DNA of 64,000 nt from an uncultured Chthonomonadaceae bacterium (GTDB taxonomy: Bacteria; Armatimonadota; Chthonomonadetes; Chthonomonadales; Chthonomonadaceae): the NCBI GenBank assembly GCA_963835065.1, contig CAWIEK010000049.1, positions 544,001 to 608,000 of the forward strand, given 5' to 3'. The notes under the pieces are model-generated. The model made no database searches, had not been told where the DNA came from, and saw only the letters and a program-made list of their open reading frames with translations. Below are positions 39,042 to 49,072 of this stretch, piece after piece (position 1 is the first letter of the stretch; every line of letters starts with the position of its first letter). Made by a program: the position numbers and the translations under genes.

Positions 39042-39842
39042 TTAGTGAAACAGCAGGGTGTCCAGTCCGCGTACCAATCCTGTAATCTGCATCACTTCAC
39101 GAACCGCCAGCAGCGTGCCGCCGACATAGGGTTCCGCGCCCCCGCCCGCATCGTGGCGAATCGTCAGCCGCTCGTCGGGCAGGCCGAAGATGGTTTCAAA
39201 CGCAAGGGTATAACTCGGCAGGCGCAGGGAATGTATTTGTGTGCCGCCTACCCTTGCGCCCCGCGCTTCTTTCGCGCCAAACGTTTGCTCAACCGGATAT
39301 TCAATGGTGTTCTGCGCTACGCCTTGCAGAGCTTCGGCCAATTCCCGGACGGTTCCGCAGGGCGCGTCCGGCTTGGTGGCATGGGCGTAGTCAATGATTT
39401 CCCATGAAGGAAGATGTTTGGCTGCCAGCAGCGCGCAGTGTTTGGCAAGCGCGGCGGTGATAGCAAAATTCCCCGCCGCGATCACGCCCAACCCCTGTGT
39501 CACAGCGTGGGCTTCGATGTCCGCATAATCCGCCGCTGTCAGCCCGGACGTGCCGATCACGACGCGCAGGCCATTGTCGAGCGCTTCCAGTACGCGCGCC
39601 TTGACGGTATCGGGCGCGGTGTAGTCAATCAGCACGTCGGATGGGACGCGCAGGGCTTCCGCAAGCGTCGCCACAATGGGCAGGCCAATGGGAGGCAGTC
39701 CCAGCGCTTCCCCCATGTCGCGCCCATACGGGTGGCGCGAAATCGCTCCCGTCAGTTCAAACTCTGGAGATTAAATCAGGTGGCGCGTCACTGCGCTACC
39801 CGTCCAGCCCGTCGCGCCCGCAACAACCACGCGAATAGCCAT
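39042..39842 (-). pseudogene. dapB: 4-hydroxy-tetrahydrodipicolinate reductase with an in-frame TAA at codon 24 (39771-39773)
   Basis: MAIRVVVAGATGWTG..LI*SPEFEL.. is in frame with DVLIDYT, VIGTSG, HATKPDAPCGT. Confidence 0.8.
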
Positions 39843-39997
39843 GTGTTTTCTCCCGGCATCCTGGCCGACCACGATTAGTAGGTTTTAAACCCTATTTCCC
39901 TGTAAATACATCGGCAGCTTGGCCCAACAACATATTTCAGAGAAGTGATGTATGGTTATAACAATCCAAACGCGGGCAGAGTTCCTGAATTTGCGGG

Positions 39998-40831
39998 CTA
40001 TTTGGCAAGAATTGCGCCAGGCGGCGGTTTTGTGCTGAACGTGGAAGCAGGCAGATGCGGATTGAATTTCCAGTCGCCATATTCTACGCGCTCATATTCC
40101 GTGCGCTTGCCGTCTGGGCCTGGGTCGAACAATGACCAGCGTATCAGTTCGCCCGTATCTTTGGCAAAGTACAACACTTCGTCATCCTCGTGCGCTTTGG
40201 GTTGGCGGGCAAGAGTAATGTCGCGGATGTATACGACAACGGGCGTCAGGCCAATCGTTTCATCGGGCGCGGGCACAAAATCCGCCAGCGCGTTCGTGAC
40301 AAGAGCGGCATCGGGAATAATACGCTGCAGCGATTCAGCATCTGACTCGCGGTACGTTGGGAAGGTGGGCTTGACGTAGTAAATCGCTTCGCCAACGCGG
40401 GTAGAAAGCAGCGTCAGACGCGATTTGCCATCGGAGATGCTGGCGGATTCCATACAGCCCATATAAGTTATGTGGAGGCCGGATGGCGTTTGTGTTTCCC
40501 ATTTTTCACACGGCGTAACATGCACGGCGAACAAGTTCGGCCTGCGAATTTGAACATCGAACATCTGACCGGCGTGGATTTTGTCCACATCATCCGGCCT
40601 GTGAAACCAAATCTGCGCTCGAAATGACAGAGTTTTGGCCGCGTCGCGCTGTTTGAGAAAGCGGGCAATGGCGGGCGGAACGTTGTCGGGTATTTTGCCC
40701 GTTGGCGGCGTTCGCAAGGCGGGTGCAGCAGGCGGCGTAGCGGGCGTTTGTGTTGCCTGCTGCGCGTCTCCTGTCTGTGCCAGCAGCGTCAGGCCGACCA
40801 AAATTCCTGCTGCGAAGAGTTGTAGTGTCAT
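39998..40831 (-). CDS. Exported protein, LolA/DUF2092-like fold
   Basis: Signal peptide; RRPNLF, SDGK and C-terminal Y.DWKFNPHLPASTF..PP resemble the N-domain of the 53654 ORF. Confidence 0.6.
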   Translation of the reverse strand: MTLQLFAAGILVGLTLLAQTGDAQQATQTPATPPAAPALRTPPTGKIPDNVPPAIARFLKQRDAAKTLSFRAQIWFHRPDDVDKIHAGQMFDVQIRRPNLFAVHVTPCEKWETQTPSGLHITYMGCMESASISDGKSRLTLLSTRVGEAIYYVKPTFPTYRESDAESLQRIIPDAALVTNALADFVPAPDETIGLTPVVVYIRDITLARQPKAHEDDEVLYFAKDTGELIRWSLFDPGPDGKRTEYERVEYGDWKFNPHLPASTFSTKPPPGAILAK

Positions 40832-40875
40832 GGCGTTCTCCTGTGGTTTAGGATAGTTGGTATGTGCGGGCTAAT

Positions 40876-42084
40876 TTATGCCGGGGCAGTACGGTACACG
40901 CTTCTGATTAGGGTTACGTCGCGCATTGGCGGGGGTTCCGGGTTGGGCGACTGGGTTTGATTGCGTTCCAATAAGGTGTTCAGCGCGTCCGTGTGCGCGT
41001 CGTGTTTGGTATCGAGGGCGAGGTACAGCAGGCGCGTATTGGTTTCCAGAGCGGCGCGAAGGGCGGCGCGTCCCGCAAGGCCGATGCCGTTGCCGCGCAG
41101 GTTCAGGCGGCGCAAAGGCGGGTTCGTGGTCAGCCAATCGGCAAGCAGAACTGCGCCTGCATCGCCGATGTGGTTTGCCTGCGCGCCTAAAATCTGCGTG
41201 GACGCGCTGTAGCCCAAATCAAGAACCGTGAGCGCGGGATGGGCGTGAAGCGCGGGCATTAAAGCGGCAATCCCCGCTGCGCCGATATGGTTGCTGCCGA
41301 TTCCGAGTTCTTCCAGCGTGTCGTTGTGCCGCAGTCCCTCAGCAAGAGACGCCGCGCCCTCATCCTCCAAATGGTTCACATTAAGCAGCAAGGCTTTCAA
41401 ATGGGGATTGAAGCGCAGCAGCATTGCCAACTGCTTTGCGCCCTGCGCCGTAATGCGATTTCCGCCAAGATAAAGACGTTCTATAGCGCAGTTATGATGC
41501 GTCAGAGCATCCATTAGCAGGGACAGGCCCTCCTCGCCGGGTTCCGTATTGACCAGATCGAGAACGCGCAGGGTAGTGTTGTGGCGCAGCATGTGGGCAA
41601 TAGGCCGGACGCCTGCCGCGCCCAGATGATTACGTTTCAGCCACAGCCCGGTCACGGACGTATTATGCGTCAGCGACTCGACCAACCTTGCCGCGCCGAT
41701 TTCCCCGATAAAGTTGCAGCCCAGGTACACGATTTCCAGATATGAATTCCGCTCTATGAGCCGCGCCACATCGGACGCGCCGCCATCCCCGATGCCGTCC
41801 GTGCCGAGCAGCAGGCTGGAAATAGTCGTATTATCGGCAAGCGCGTCCGTGACCAGGCGGCAGCCCAACGCGCCCAGGCTTTGCTTGCACAAGTCCAGCC
41901 GCCCGTCTGCCAAAATCGTGCCGCGAGGAAACACAGTGGGCGCGTCAACCGCATGATTGGCCTGTAAATGCGCGACAAGCGGCGCAATCTCCTCCAAATC
42001 CGGCGGCGCAACCTCAATCACGCCCCGAATCGGACAGTGAATACGCACCGGTTCATTTTGCAGGTTGTCCAGAGAGGTTCGCAT
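40876..42084 (-). CDS. Ribonuclease-inhibitor-type leucine-rich repeat protein
   Basis: 28-aa repeats of the type LxxLxLxxNxIGxxGAxxLAxxL; N-terminal FPRGT..DGRLDLCKQ. Confidence 0.85.
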   Translation of the reverse strand: MRTSLDNLQNEPVRIHCPIRGVIEVAPPDLEEIAPLVAHLQANHAVDAPTVFPRGTILADGRLDLCKQSLGALGCRLVTDALADNTTISSLLLGTDGIGDGGASDVARLIERNSYLEIVYLGCNFIGEIGAARLVESLTHNTSVTGLWLKRNHLGAAGVRPIAHMLRHNTTLRVLDLVNTEPGEEGLSLLMDALTHHNCAIERLYLGGNRITAQGAKQLAMLLRFNPHLKALLLNVNHLEDEGAASLAEGLRHNDTLEELGIGSNHIGAAGIAALMPALHAHPALTVLDLGYSASTQILGAQANHIGDAGAVLLADWLTTNPPLRRLNLRGNGIGLAGRAALRAALETNTRLLYLALDTKHDAHTDALNTLLERNQTQSPNPEPPPMRDVTLIRSVYRTAPA

Positions 42085-42182
42085 TGTTAAATCCCATGTT
42101 AGATAGCAGGTTTATATCTTCTATCTTCTATCTTCTGCCTTCTGTCTTCTGCCTTCTGTCTTCTGCCTTCTTCCCAATTGCC

Positions 42183-43743
42183 TTACCAGTCGTGGGGCGC
42201 GTAATCCTTTAGGAAGTGGCCGTAAAGCGGGAGTTTCGGGCGCGTTGACGCCCTGCGCGATGGGATCATAGAGACGCGCCGCGCCGTCGAGGATGTCGAG
42301 CGGCGTGTAAAAGCCTCTTTCTTCCTGCAGGTACGTTTTCTTGGCGTGGGGGTTCTCGTCCGTAATCCAGCCCGTGTCCACGCTGTTCATGTAAATGCCG
42401 TCCTGCGCGTAATCGGCGGCGGACGTGCGCGTCATCATGTTCAGGGCGGCTTTTGCCATGTTCGTATGGGGATGAAACACGGTTTTGGTTTCGCGCCCGA
42501 ACTGCCCCTCCATTGCCGACACGTTTATGATAAACCGACGCGCAAACGGCGAGCGCAGCAGGAGCGGTTTCAGTTGGCTGTTGAGCAAAAACGGCGCGAC
42601 GGCGTTCACCAACTGCGTTTCCAGCATTTCGACGGCGCTAACTTCGTGCAAACGCAACGCCCAACTATTGACGGGGCGCGCATCCAATCTCTGCCCGTCC
42701 GCATCCCAAACATCGGGCGGAAAGTACGCGCTCATATTGCCCGGCAAGTGTCCGGCATACCCCGCCTGTGTTTCCAGCAAAGGAGAACGAAACAGGGAAT
42801 CAGGCGTGACGGTTGCTGTAGTAACTTCGGGCGCGTATGGCAAGTCCCTACCTGCATTTGTTGCTTCGGTCAGGGACAAGGGCGCATTTGCGGCCTGCTG
42901 TTCGGCTTCCAGCAGGTGTTGGTAAAAGGAAAGCGGGCGCTTGATGGTCTGCGCGGCGTTGTGGATGACAATATCAAGAGAGGGAAGCGTTTCCAAAAGA
43001 TGCTGCGCGAACGCCTCCACGCTCGGCAAATGCCGCAAATCCAGCGCGTGAACATGCAGACGCGCTTGCCACTCCGCCCAATCCGGCTCCGCGTGGAAAC
43101 GGACAAGCGCGTCGTGGGCAAATCGCGTCGTGACATGCACCGTCGCGCCGTCGCGCAGCAGCCGCAACACTATCTGATACCCGATCTTGATACGCCCGCC
43201 CGTGACCAGCGCAATCCGTCCCGTCAAATCGGCGCGCTGCATCCGCTTTGCATAGTTCAGTTCGGCGCAATCCGGGCATAACAGATGGTAGAAGAAGTGC
43301 AGCCGCGTATACATTCGCTTGCAGATATAGCAGCGGGTCGCTTTATGGAGGGTGTTCCGAGCAGGAGCATTGGCGTCAACAGGAATGTTCGTATCGGCAG
43401 GAGTGTTGGCTTCAGCAGAAGCACTGGTATGGGCGGGAATATCGGCTTCAGCAGTGGCGTTGGTATCGGCAGGGGCAATCAGTACAGGCGTATTGTCGGC
43501 ATCGCCCTGCCCTGTCTGCGCCCGCCCGGATTGCGCCTGCACAAGTTGCGTATCCGCCTTTGCCTGCCGGTCTTCCTGCCGCAGCGTTTCCCGGTTCGCC
43601 TGCCGCTCACCCTTTTTGCCCGTTTTGTGGATTTTGGCGATTAATGCCTTCATCCGCGCATCGTCGCTGATAACGCCGGGATCGTCGGCAATGCGCTGCA
43701 ACACGCTCAGGCAGATTTCCAGTTCCTGCGGAGGAATGTTCAT
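42183..43743 (-). CDS. Atypical SDR oxidoreductase with an N-terminal Zn finger; probable +1 frameshift near 42230 (ORF as called ends at 42121)
   Basis: CYICK..HFFYHLLCPDC, TGGRIKIG, HNAAQT, VSAMEG, HPHTNMAKAALNM, SVDTGW. Removing one C gives ..PLYGHFLKDYAPHDW*. Confidence 0.85.
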
Positions 43744-43868
43744 GTCGGTGTTCAGGTATTCAGGTATTCAGGTGTTCGGGAAATGCAAGAGCACCGAAGT
43801 TTGCTCTGCGGCTGCAAGGCTATTACCTGAACACCCGAATACCTGAATACCTGAACACCGAAAGAGTG

Positions 43869-43941
43869 TGGGGACCGGAAGGGATCGAACCTTCAACCTC
43901 GGATATGTTTGCCGCGCTCTTCCGTTTAAGCTACGATCCCC
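43869..43941 (-). ncRNA. tRNA-like RNA / pseudo-tRNA with a shortened anticodon arm
   Basis: Acceptor GGGATCG/CGGTCCC, TA, D arm GCTT..GG..GAGC, variable loop AGGTT, T arm GAAGG-TTCGATC-CCTTC; anticodon arm only 15 nt (CGG-CAAACATAT-CCG); no encoded CCA. Confidence 0.75.
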
Positions 43942-44012
43942 ATGACAAGGCGCGCGGCTGTTAGTTCCGCCTTGCCGTGCTGTTCTCCTTCTTCTGGATA
44001 CGTTTCCTGCTG

Positions 44013-44546
44013 TCACTCCCCATTTTTCCAGCACAAAATAAAGTGTTCCTGCTCGTCTTCGAGGGGGTAGTGGTGTTTGGGCAGGTCTTTGCGCCAGTCT
44101 TCAATCTGGGCAATCGCTTCCCGTCCGGTCATGCCGTGCCGAACCAGCCAGCAGCCGACAACCGTACTTGTGCGTCCATGCCCGCCCCAGCAATGCACAT
44201 ACGTTGGAATGTTAGTCTGAACGGATTCATCTATCGCGTCCAAAATTTGCTTCATGTCGGCAGGCGCGGGAACCCAGGCGTCGCGGATGGCGAACCGCAG
44301 GCACTCCACCTGCAAGCCCTGCGCGGTTGCCGCTTCCGTCAATTGCGGCGCGTAGGGAACGAAGGTTTTCCTGTCCCATCCAGTTTCGGTTTCTTCCATC
44401 AGGTTGACAACGCGCCGGATGCCACACGCCACCAGCCCACGTACTTTGGCTGCTCGCTTGGCCTCGTCCACGTCGCCGGGATACTGCCCCGCGCAGAGCA
44501 GTCCCGGCTTGACCCAAAAACTCTGTTCAAACGGTTTCGGCTGCAT
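44013..44546 (-). CDS. Protein-tyrosine / dual-specificity phosphatase family
   Basis: YVHCWGGHGRT (CX5R) P-loop, AGQYP. Confidence 0.88.
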   Translation of the reverse strand: MQPKPFEQSFWVKPGLLCAGQYPGDVDEAKRAAKVRGLVACGIRRVVNLMEETETGWDRKTFVPYAPQLTEAATAQGLQVECLRFAIRDAWVPAPADMKQILDAIDESVQTNIPTYVHCWGGHGRTSTVVGCWLVRHGMTGREAIAQIEDWRKDLPKHHYPLEDEQEHFILCWKNGE

Positions 44547-44576
44547 AAGGATATGTCCTTGTTGATATTTCCCGTA

Positions 44577-45308
44577 TTACGAACGCGCGGCGATACAGAG
44601 GCTGCTGCCCGTAATGGAAACCGTAACGCCATCCGCTGCCAGCGCGCCGAGATTGAGTTTGGTCTTGCAGATGCGAACGCGCCTGCCGCTCCACACCCGC
44701 ACCACCGGCGATTGCGTATTTGCGGTTGCCGTATGGGAGGCGGACAACTCCACAACCAGTTTACCCTGTTCGGCGCGAACCGTCAGCGCGTCGCCATCCG
44801 ACCAGCCCAACTGCGCAATGATACAGCGGGAAATCGCCAGCGCGCCATCCTGCCTTCCCGCAGAGGAGCGTTGGAAAGACGTAGAACTCTTTTGTCTGTT
44901 CGTCGCGCTAACCTTTACGGAGCGGGTCAACAGGCCGAGGGGGTCGGAAGCCACGCAATCGGACATATCGCGCGCTTGATCGGCGGGAACGGGCGGCAAA
45001 GCGTCCTGATTTAAGGCGGCGTAATCCCCCACCCGCGCCGATTGATGATGATACAGGTACGCCTGAGCCGTTTTGGTTCCGCCGTCCGTCGTCACATCCA
45101 TCAACTGCCGGTCATAATCGTAGTACGCCATCGCGCCCGAATTGTAAATGTCGCGCACCACTTCCGCCACATCCCGATGCCGGACGGGGTACTTGGCGAT
45201 CTTGAGCGCGTTGGACACATCCAGCGCGGTAAAGGTATCTTTCGCCTGCATGCGCTGCAATACTTCATTTTCCACGATGTTCATCAACGGGACGCTTGCG
45301 TTACACAT
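44577..45308 (-). CDS. Hypothetical protein with a putative winged-helix N-domain and AbrB-like C-domain
   Basis: AGGAG RBS; FTALDVS..; QDGALAISRCIIAQLGWSDGDAL resembles an AbrB swapped hairpin. Confidence 0.6.
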   Translation of the reverse strand: MCNASVPLMNIVENEVLQRMQAKDTFTALDVSNALKIAKYPVRHRDVAEVVRDIYNSGAMAYYDYDRQLMDVTTDGGTKTAQAYLYHHQSARVGDYAALNQDALPPVPADQARDMSDCVASDPLGLLTRSVKVSATNRQKSSTSFQRSSAGRQDGALAISRCIIAQLGWSDGDALTVRAEQGKLVVELSASHTATANTQSPVVRVWSGRRVRICKTKLNLGALAADGVTVSITGSSLCIAARS

Positions 45309-45588
45309 AATCTTTGTCTCCTTGCCTGATGCTGCGCAGTTGGTACGGTTTGTATGCTGGTGGGGAAAGGCTGCGCCGCTCTCGGCGTTCCGTCCCTGTT
45401 ACCTTGATACTCCCTTCACCACGCCGGAAGGGGAAAGGGGAGAAAAGAAAAAAAAAGAAAAGAAGAAAAGGAGAAAAGGAGAAGAGGAGACGGAATACGG
45501 TAGACAGTAGAATCTCAATCGGCAATCGGCAATCACAACCCCGAATGCCGAACACCTGAACACCTGAACACCTGAACACCTGAAACAG

Positions 45589-45617
45589 CAAAAACCCCGC
45601 CGACGTGGACGGGGTTG
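45589..45617 (-). terminator. Intrinsic terminator
   Basis: AACCCCG..CGGGGTT stem with a T tail on the minus strand. Confidence 0.55.
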
Positions 45618-45728
45618 ATTGCGTGGGAGCATGAACGTTCTCCCTTGTAAAATATGCGGTGGCGATTTCCGGCGCTCAGGTACGGGATTTCCGAACACCT
45701 GAACACCGAATACCGAACACCGATTTGG

Positions 45729-46025
45729 TTATGCGCGGGCGTGGCGCTCGTGCAGCCACGCGCCCTGGCTGATGCGGCGCATTTTGCTGTTGTTTGCCAG
45801 CGCGTAGGAAGCGTGGGCCGCGCTCAGGCGGGCCATCTGGCTCAGGGCCAGGTCGCTTTCCACGTCCAGCGCGGTTTCAACATGCAGGTGCGCGTAGCCC
45901 CCCGCATTGGTTTCCAGCAGGTGAACCAGACGCTCCAGCGCTTCCTCGCGGGTCGGCTCCACCGTCTGCTTGCTTTGATTGTGCTGACTGATCTGGCACT
46001 TCCGTTCCATCAACATGGCAGTCAT
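45729..46025 (-). CDS. Hypothetical protein (~98 aa)
   Basis: AAAGGA/GAGG RBS before the ATG at 46025; helical composition. Confidence 0.5.
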   Translation of the reverse strand: MTAMLMERKCQISQHNQSKQTVEPTREEALERLVHLLETNAGGYAHLHVETALDVESDLALSQMARLSAAHASYALANNSKMRRISQGAWLHERHARA

Positions 46026-46297
46026 GGCCTCGTTTCCTTTCTGCACTCGCTTCCCAACTTCAATGCGCAATTCGCCGGTTTCCGGCGTTCCGATGCGCTT
46101 GCCGGCGCGGCGTACCGCGCTTTTAATGATAAGATGGCATGTAGTATTCACTCAATTCTCCTCATGGATCCCGGAAAGTGTGCGGCCTCGTGACCGTATT
46201 CTTTCCTGCTTGCATGAACGTCTGCTCATTGGCTTTGTGACACATCTAAATTCGTGACACCTGCGATACAGCGTTCAAGTTCTTGTCTGCAAATGTT

Positions 46298-46339
46298 TCC
46301 AAAACAAAACCCGCCTGGGAACAGGGTTCCGGGGGCGGG
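46298..46339 (-). terminator. Intrinsic terminator in a long intergenic region
   Basis: CCCGCCCCCGGAAC..GTTCCCAGGCGGG followed by TTTTGTTTT on the minus strand. Confidence 0.6.
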
Positions 46340-46853
46340 CGCAACATGGTAAGCGTTATGGCGACGGGGGCTGTACCCCGACGGCATCACGTTGTTCGCG
46401 CGCCTCGCGTGTGGCGGTCCGCGTATGCGAACCGGACTTCCCACCAGATTATCGGTATTTGGCTGTTGCCCATGTTTGCGTTCTTGTGTCCCGTTGGCTG
46501 GACTGCTACAGATATATACGTTTCAGCGCGTCAGAAAGTGGCTTGGGGATGCTTCGCTTGCTTGCGCTGTCTATGTCTGCAAGAAAATGCGCGGTTTGTG
46601 CATCTTCACTTACATAGACACCCCTTCTGCCCCATTGGTTTCACCTAATTTATAATCTTTTTTCCGGCAGTTCTGCGTCCTTAATTCGCGCTTCCAGAAT
46701 GGCTCAACACCTATATCGCTTTCGATAGTACGGACAGTAAAGAGAATTTCGTTTGCGGGAGTATAGAAAATGTTTCTTTGCTTGCAGCAGGAAAAAGCGC
46801 GGTCAGGCAACAACTAACAGCCAACTTACAAATTAAACGAGGAGAAAACCATT

Positions 46854-48008
46854 ATGCCATCCTATTTGCGTCGCGGGCTTGCCTGTTGCGGCACGGCGCT
46901 GTGCCTGTTGGCGGGCCGCGCCCTGACCGCTCAGAATTCCAATGGGGCTGCAAAGCCGGGGCAGGCGCAGCCACCTTTGTATGAGGAGGAAGTGTCCGCG
47001 TCCAATCCCGTTCGAAGCGAACAGGCGCGCGAATTGGACGCTTATATTGTCGGCTTGAAGAATGACCGCAAGCGGCTGAATCAGTTGTTTACCCCCGATT
47101 ACAGTTCCGTTCGCGCTTATGAAGCGTCCACCCGCAAATTGCGGCAGGCGTTTGCCGACAGCATCGGGTATCCGCCACCCGGAGGGACAACAACGGAAGC
47201 GCCGGATTTCAAGCAGATCGGGGAAGACGCGCTCGGCACGTATTACCGCGTCCATATTCCCATCCTATCGGGCGTTCACGCGGTGGGCATCTACATCGTG
47301 CCCAAAGGCTTGAAAGGCCGCGCGCCGCTTGTGATTGCCATGCACGGCGGGGGCGGCTCGCCTGAAGTGGCCCTGTTTCACGGCGGCGCGAATTACCATG
47401 ACATGGTGCGGGGCGGCGTAAAGCGGGGCTATGTGGTGTTCGCGCCCACGCACCTGTTCAACGCGGAAGGCTATCCCGGCAATGTGCGCAACCAGATGGA
47501 CGAGCGCCTGCGCCTGGTCGGAACCAGCCTCACAGCCGTAGAAATCGCCAAAATCACGCGCAGCCTGGATGTGTTGTGCAAGCGCCCGGAAGTGGATGCA
47601 AAGCGTATTGCGATGGTGGGGCTGTCCTATGGCGGCTATTATGCGCTGGTCACGCCCGCTTTGGAGCCGCGCATCAAAGTGGCGGTGTCAAGCTGTTATT
47701 TCGGCGTACAGGAAGGCCGTTACGAGCGGGACGAATTGGGCGTACCGTCCGACTTCAAGTTCAAGGATCGGTTCACCCTGCTGCGCGACCCCGAAATCGT
47801 CGCTTTGATCTGCCCGCGCCCGCTCCAGATACAGGCCGGTTCGCATGACGACAGCGACCACCGCGATCCGGGCGTCCGTCAGGCTCCGCTTGCCGCCGAG
47901 TATTACAAGAAGTTAGGGCGAAGCGAGGCTTTTCAATTCGAAGTCTTCGAGGGCGGGCACGAGTTCTTCGACGCGCCCGCGTGGGAGTTTCTGCAAAAGC
48001 ATTTGTAG
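46854..48008 (+). CDS. Exported alpha/beta hydrolase (dienelactone hydrolase / acetylesterase-like)
   Basis: Signal peptide, AMHGGGG, nucleophile GLSYGG, FEGGHEF. Confidence 0.85.
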   Translation: MPSYLRRGLACCGTALCLLAGRALTAQNSNGAAKPGQAQPPLYEEEVSASNPVRSEQARELDAYIVGLKNDRKRLNQLFTPDYSSVRAYEASTRKLRQAFADSIGYPPPGGTTTEAPDFKQIGEDALGTYYRVHIPILSGVHAVGIYIVPKGLKGRAPLVIAMHGGGGSPEVALFHGGANYHDMVRGGVKRGYVVFAPTHLFNAEGYPGNVRNQMDERLRLVGTSLTAVEIAKITRSLDVLCKRPEVDAKRIAMVGLSYGGYYALVTPALEPRIKVAVSSCYFGVQEGRYERDELGVPSDFKFKDRFTLLRDPEIVALICPRPLQIQAGSHDDSDHRDPGVRQAPLAAEYYKKLGRSEAFQFEVFEGGHEFFDAPAWEFLQKHL

Positions 48009-48034
48009 ACCTGCAAAAGCATTTGCAAAGCAGA

Positions 48035-49069
48035 TTAGCCGGTCATGGTCATGGCAGCGTTTTCGCGTTCCGCGTACCGCGCCATGACCTCATACCAGTT
48101 GGCAATGGGCAGCGCGTCCGGCAGGGAAAGATCGGCGTAGACGCGGCGGCACAACGCGCTGAAGTCCGCATACCGTTCGCTGCGCCAGGCGATTGAGAGT
48201 TCCCGTAAGGGTTTTTCATGCAGATTGCCGAGCGCATATCGCCGCGCAAACCCGTACTGTATCGGCGTGACCATGCCATCGGCTTCCACGACAAGCGGGG
48301 AAAGAAGCGCGGACAGAGGCCGGTTTTTCGGGTCCGTGCAGGCGGGACCGCCATAAACCACGTCGGGATTCTGGCGCAGCGCCTCGCGTCCGATGTAATC
48401 TACCTGAAGCGTCATTCGTCCCGCTGTCTTCTGGCGAATTCGCTCCACTTCCAAACAGGCATAAGCGCCTTCAATCGTATCCGGGTAGCTTCCCGCGCAC
48501 CGCTCCTGCGCGCGCCCTGCTTCTTCAAGCGGATGAATTTGCAGCAACGCCGCGCCCTGTTCCAGAGCGAAATCCGCCACCCATTCCAGCTCATCTAAAT
48601 TGTACTGTGTCAGGGTGAAAATGAATCCGAAGGGAACCCCGCTTGCGCGCGCGTTCGGCAAGTTGGCCTGCATCGCCTCAAAAGCGCGTTCTGAAGCGCG
48701 GTTGCGGTTGTGGGAAGCGGGAACGCCATCGAGGCTGATCGCCAGAACGTCGAGCCACTCACGCAAAGGTTCCAGTCGTTTTGCGTCAAGCAACATCCCA
48801 TTCGAGGTGACAGTGGTTTTCATGCCGCAGGCGCAGGCATGGCGCAGCAGGTCGCCAAGCGGCTTGTAGAGGACGGGTTCCCCGCCGGAAAAAGAGGCGG
48901 TCGTATAGCCTTCGCGCGCGGCATCCGTCAGGGCTTCGCAGAGGAGCGCGGCGTCAAGCTGCCCGCGCTCCTCCGGCCCGGACGATGAATAACAATGCAG
49001 GCATTGCAGATTACACCGGCGGGTCGGGTGTATCTGAATGACGCGGCTGGTTTCACCGGTGGGGGGCAT
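48035..49069 (-). CDS. Radical SAM protein with a Cys-less SPASM/Twitch-like C-terminus
   Basis: CNLQCLHC, FSGGEP, TSNG, ISLDG; SPLVVEADGMVTPIQYG..LGNL. Confidence 0.88.
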   Translation of the reverse strand: MPPTGETSRVIQIHPTRRCNLQCLHCYSSSGPEERGQLDAALLCEALTDAAREGYTTASFSGGEPVLYKPLGDLLRHACACGMKTTVTSNGMLLDAKRLEPLREWLDVLAISLDGVPASHNRNRASERAFEAMQANLPNARASGVPFGFIFTLTQYNLDELEWVADFALEQGAALLQIHPLEEAGRAQERCAGSYPDTIEGAYACLEVERIRQKTAGRMTLQVDYIGREALRQNPDVVYGGPACTDPKNRPLSALLSPLVVEADGMVTPIQYGFARRYALGNLHEKPLRELSIAWRSERYADFSALCRRVYADLSLPDALPIANWYEVMARYAERENAAMTMTG

Positions 49070-49072
49070 TGT

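Noticed and set aside
42121..42182. C-terminal extension RRQKTEGRRQKAEDRR of the SDR
   Set aside because: It is heptamer-repeat sequence read only because of a probable one-base frameshift near 42230.
43869..43941. Functional decoding tRNA
   Set aside because: The anticodon arm is 15 nt with 3 bp and no assignable anticodon; it is kept only as a tRNA-like RNA.
43977..45014. Long antisense ORFs (e.g. 43977-45014, 55183-56277, 53801-54820, 13190-14182)
   Set aside because: They are shadows of well-supported opposite-strand genes in GC-rich DNA.
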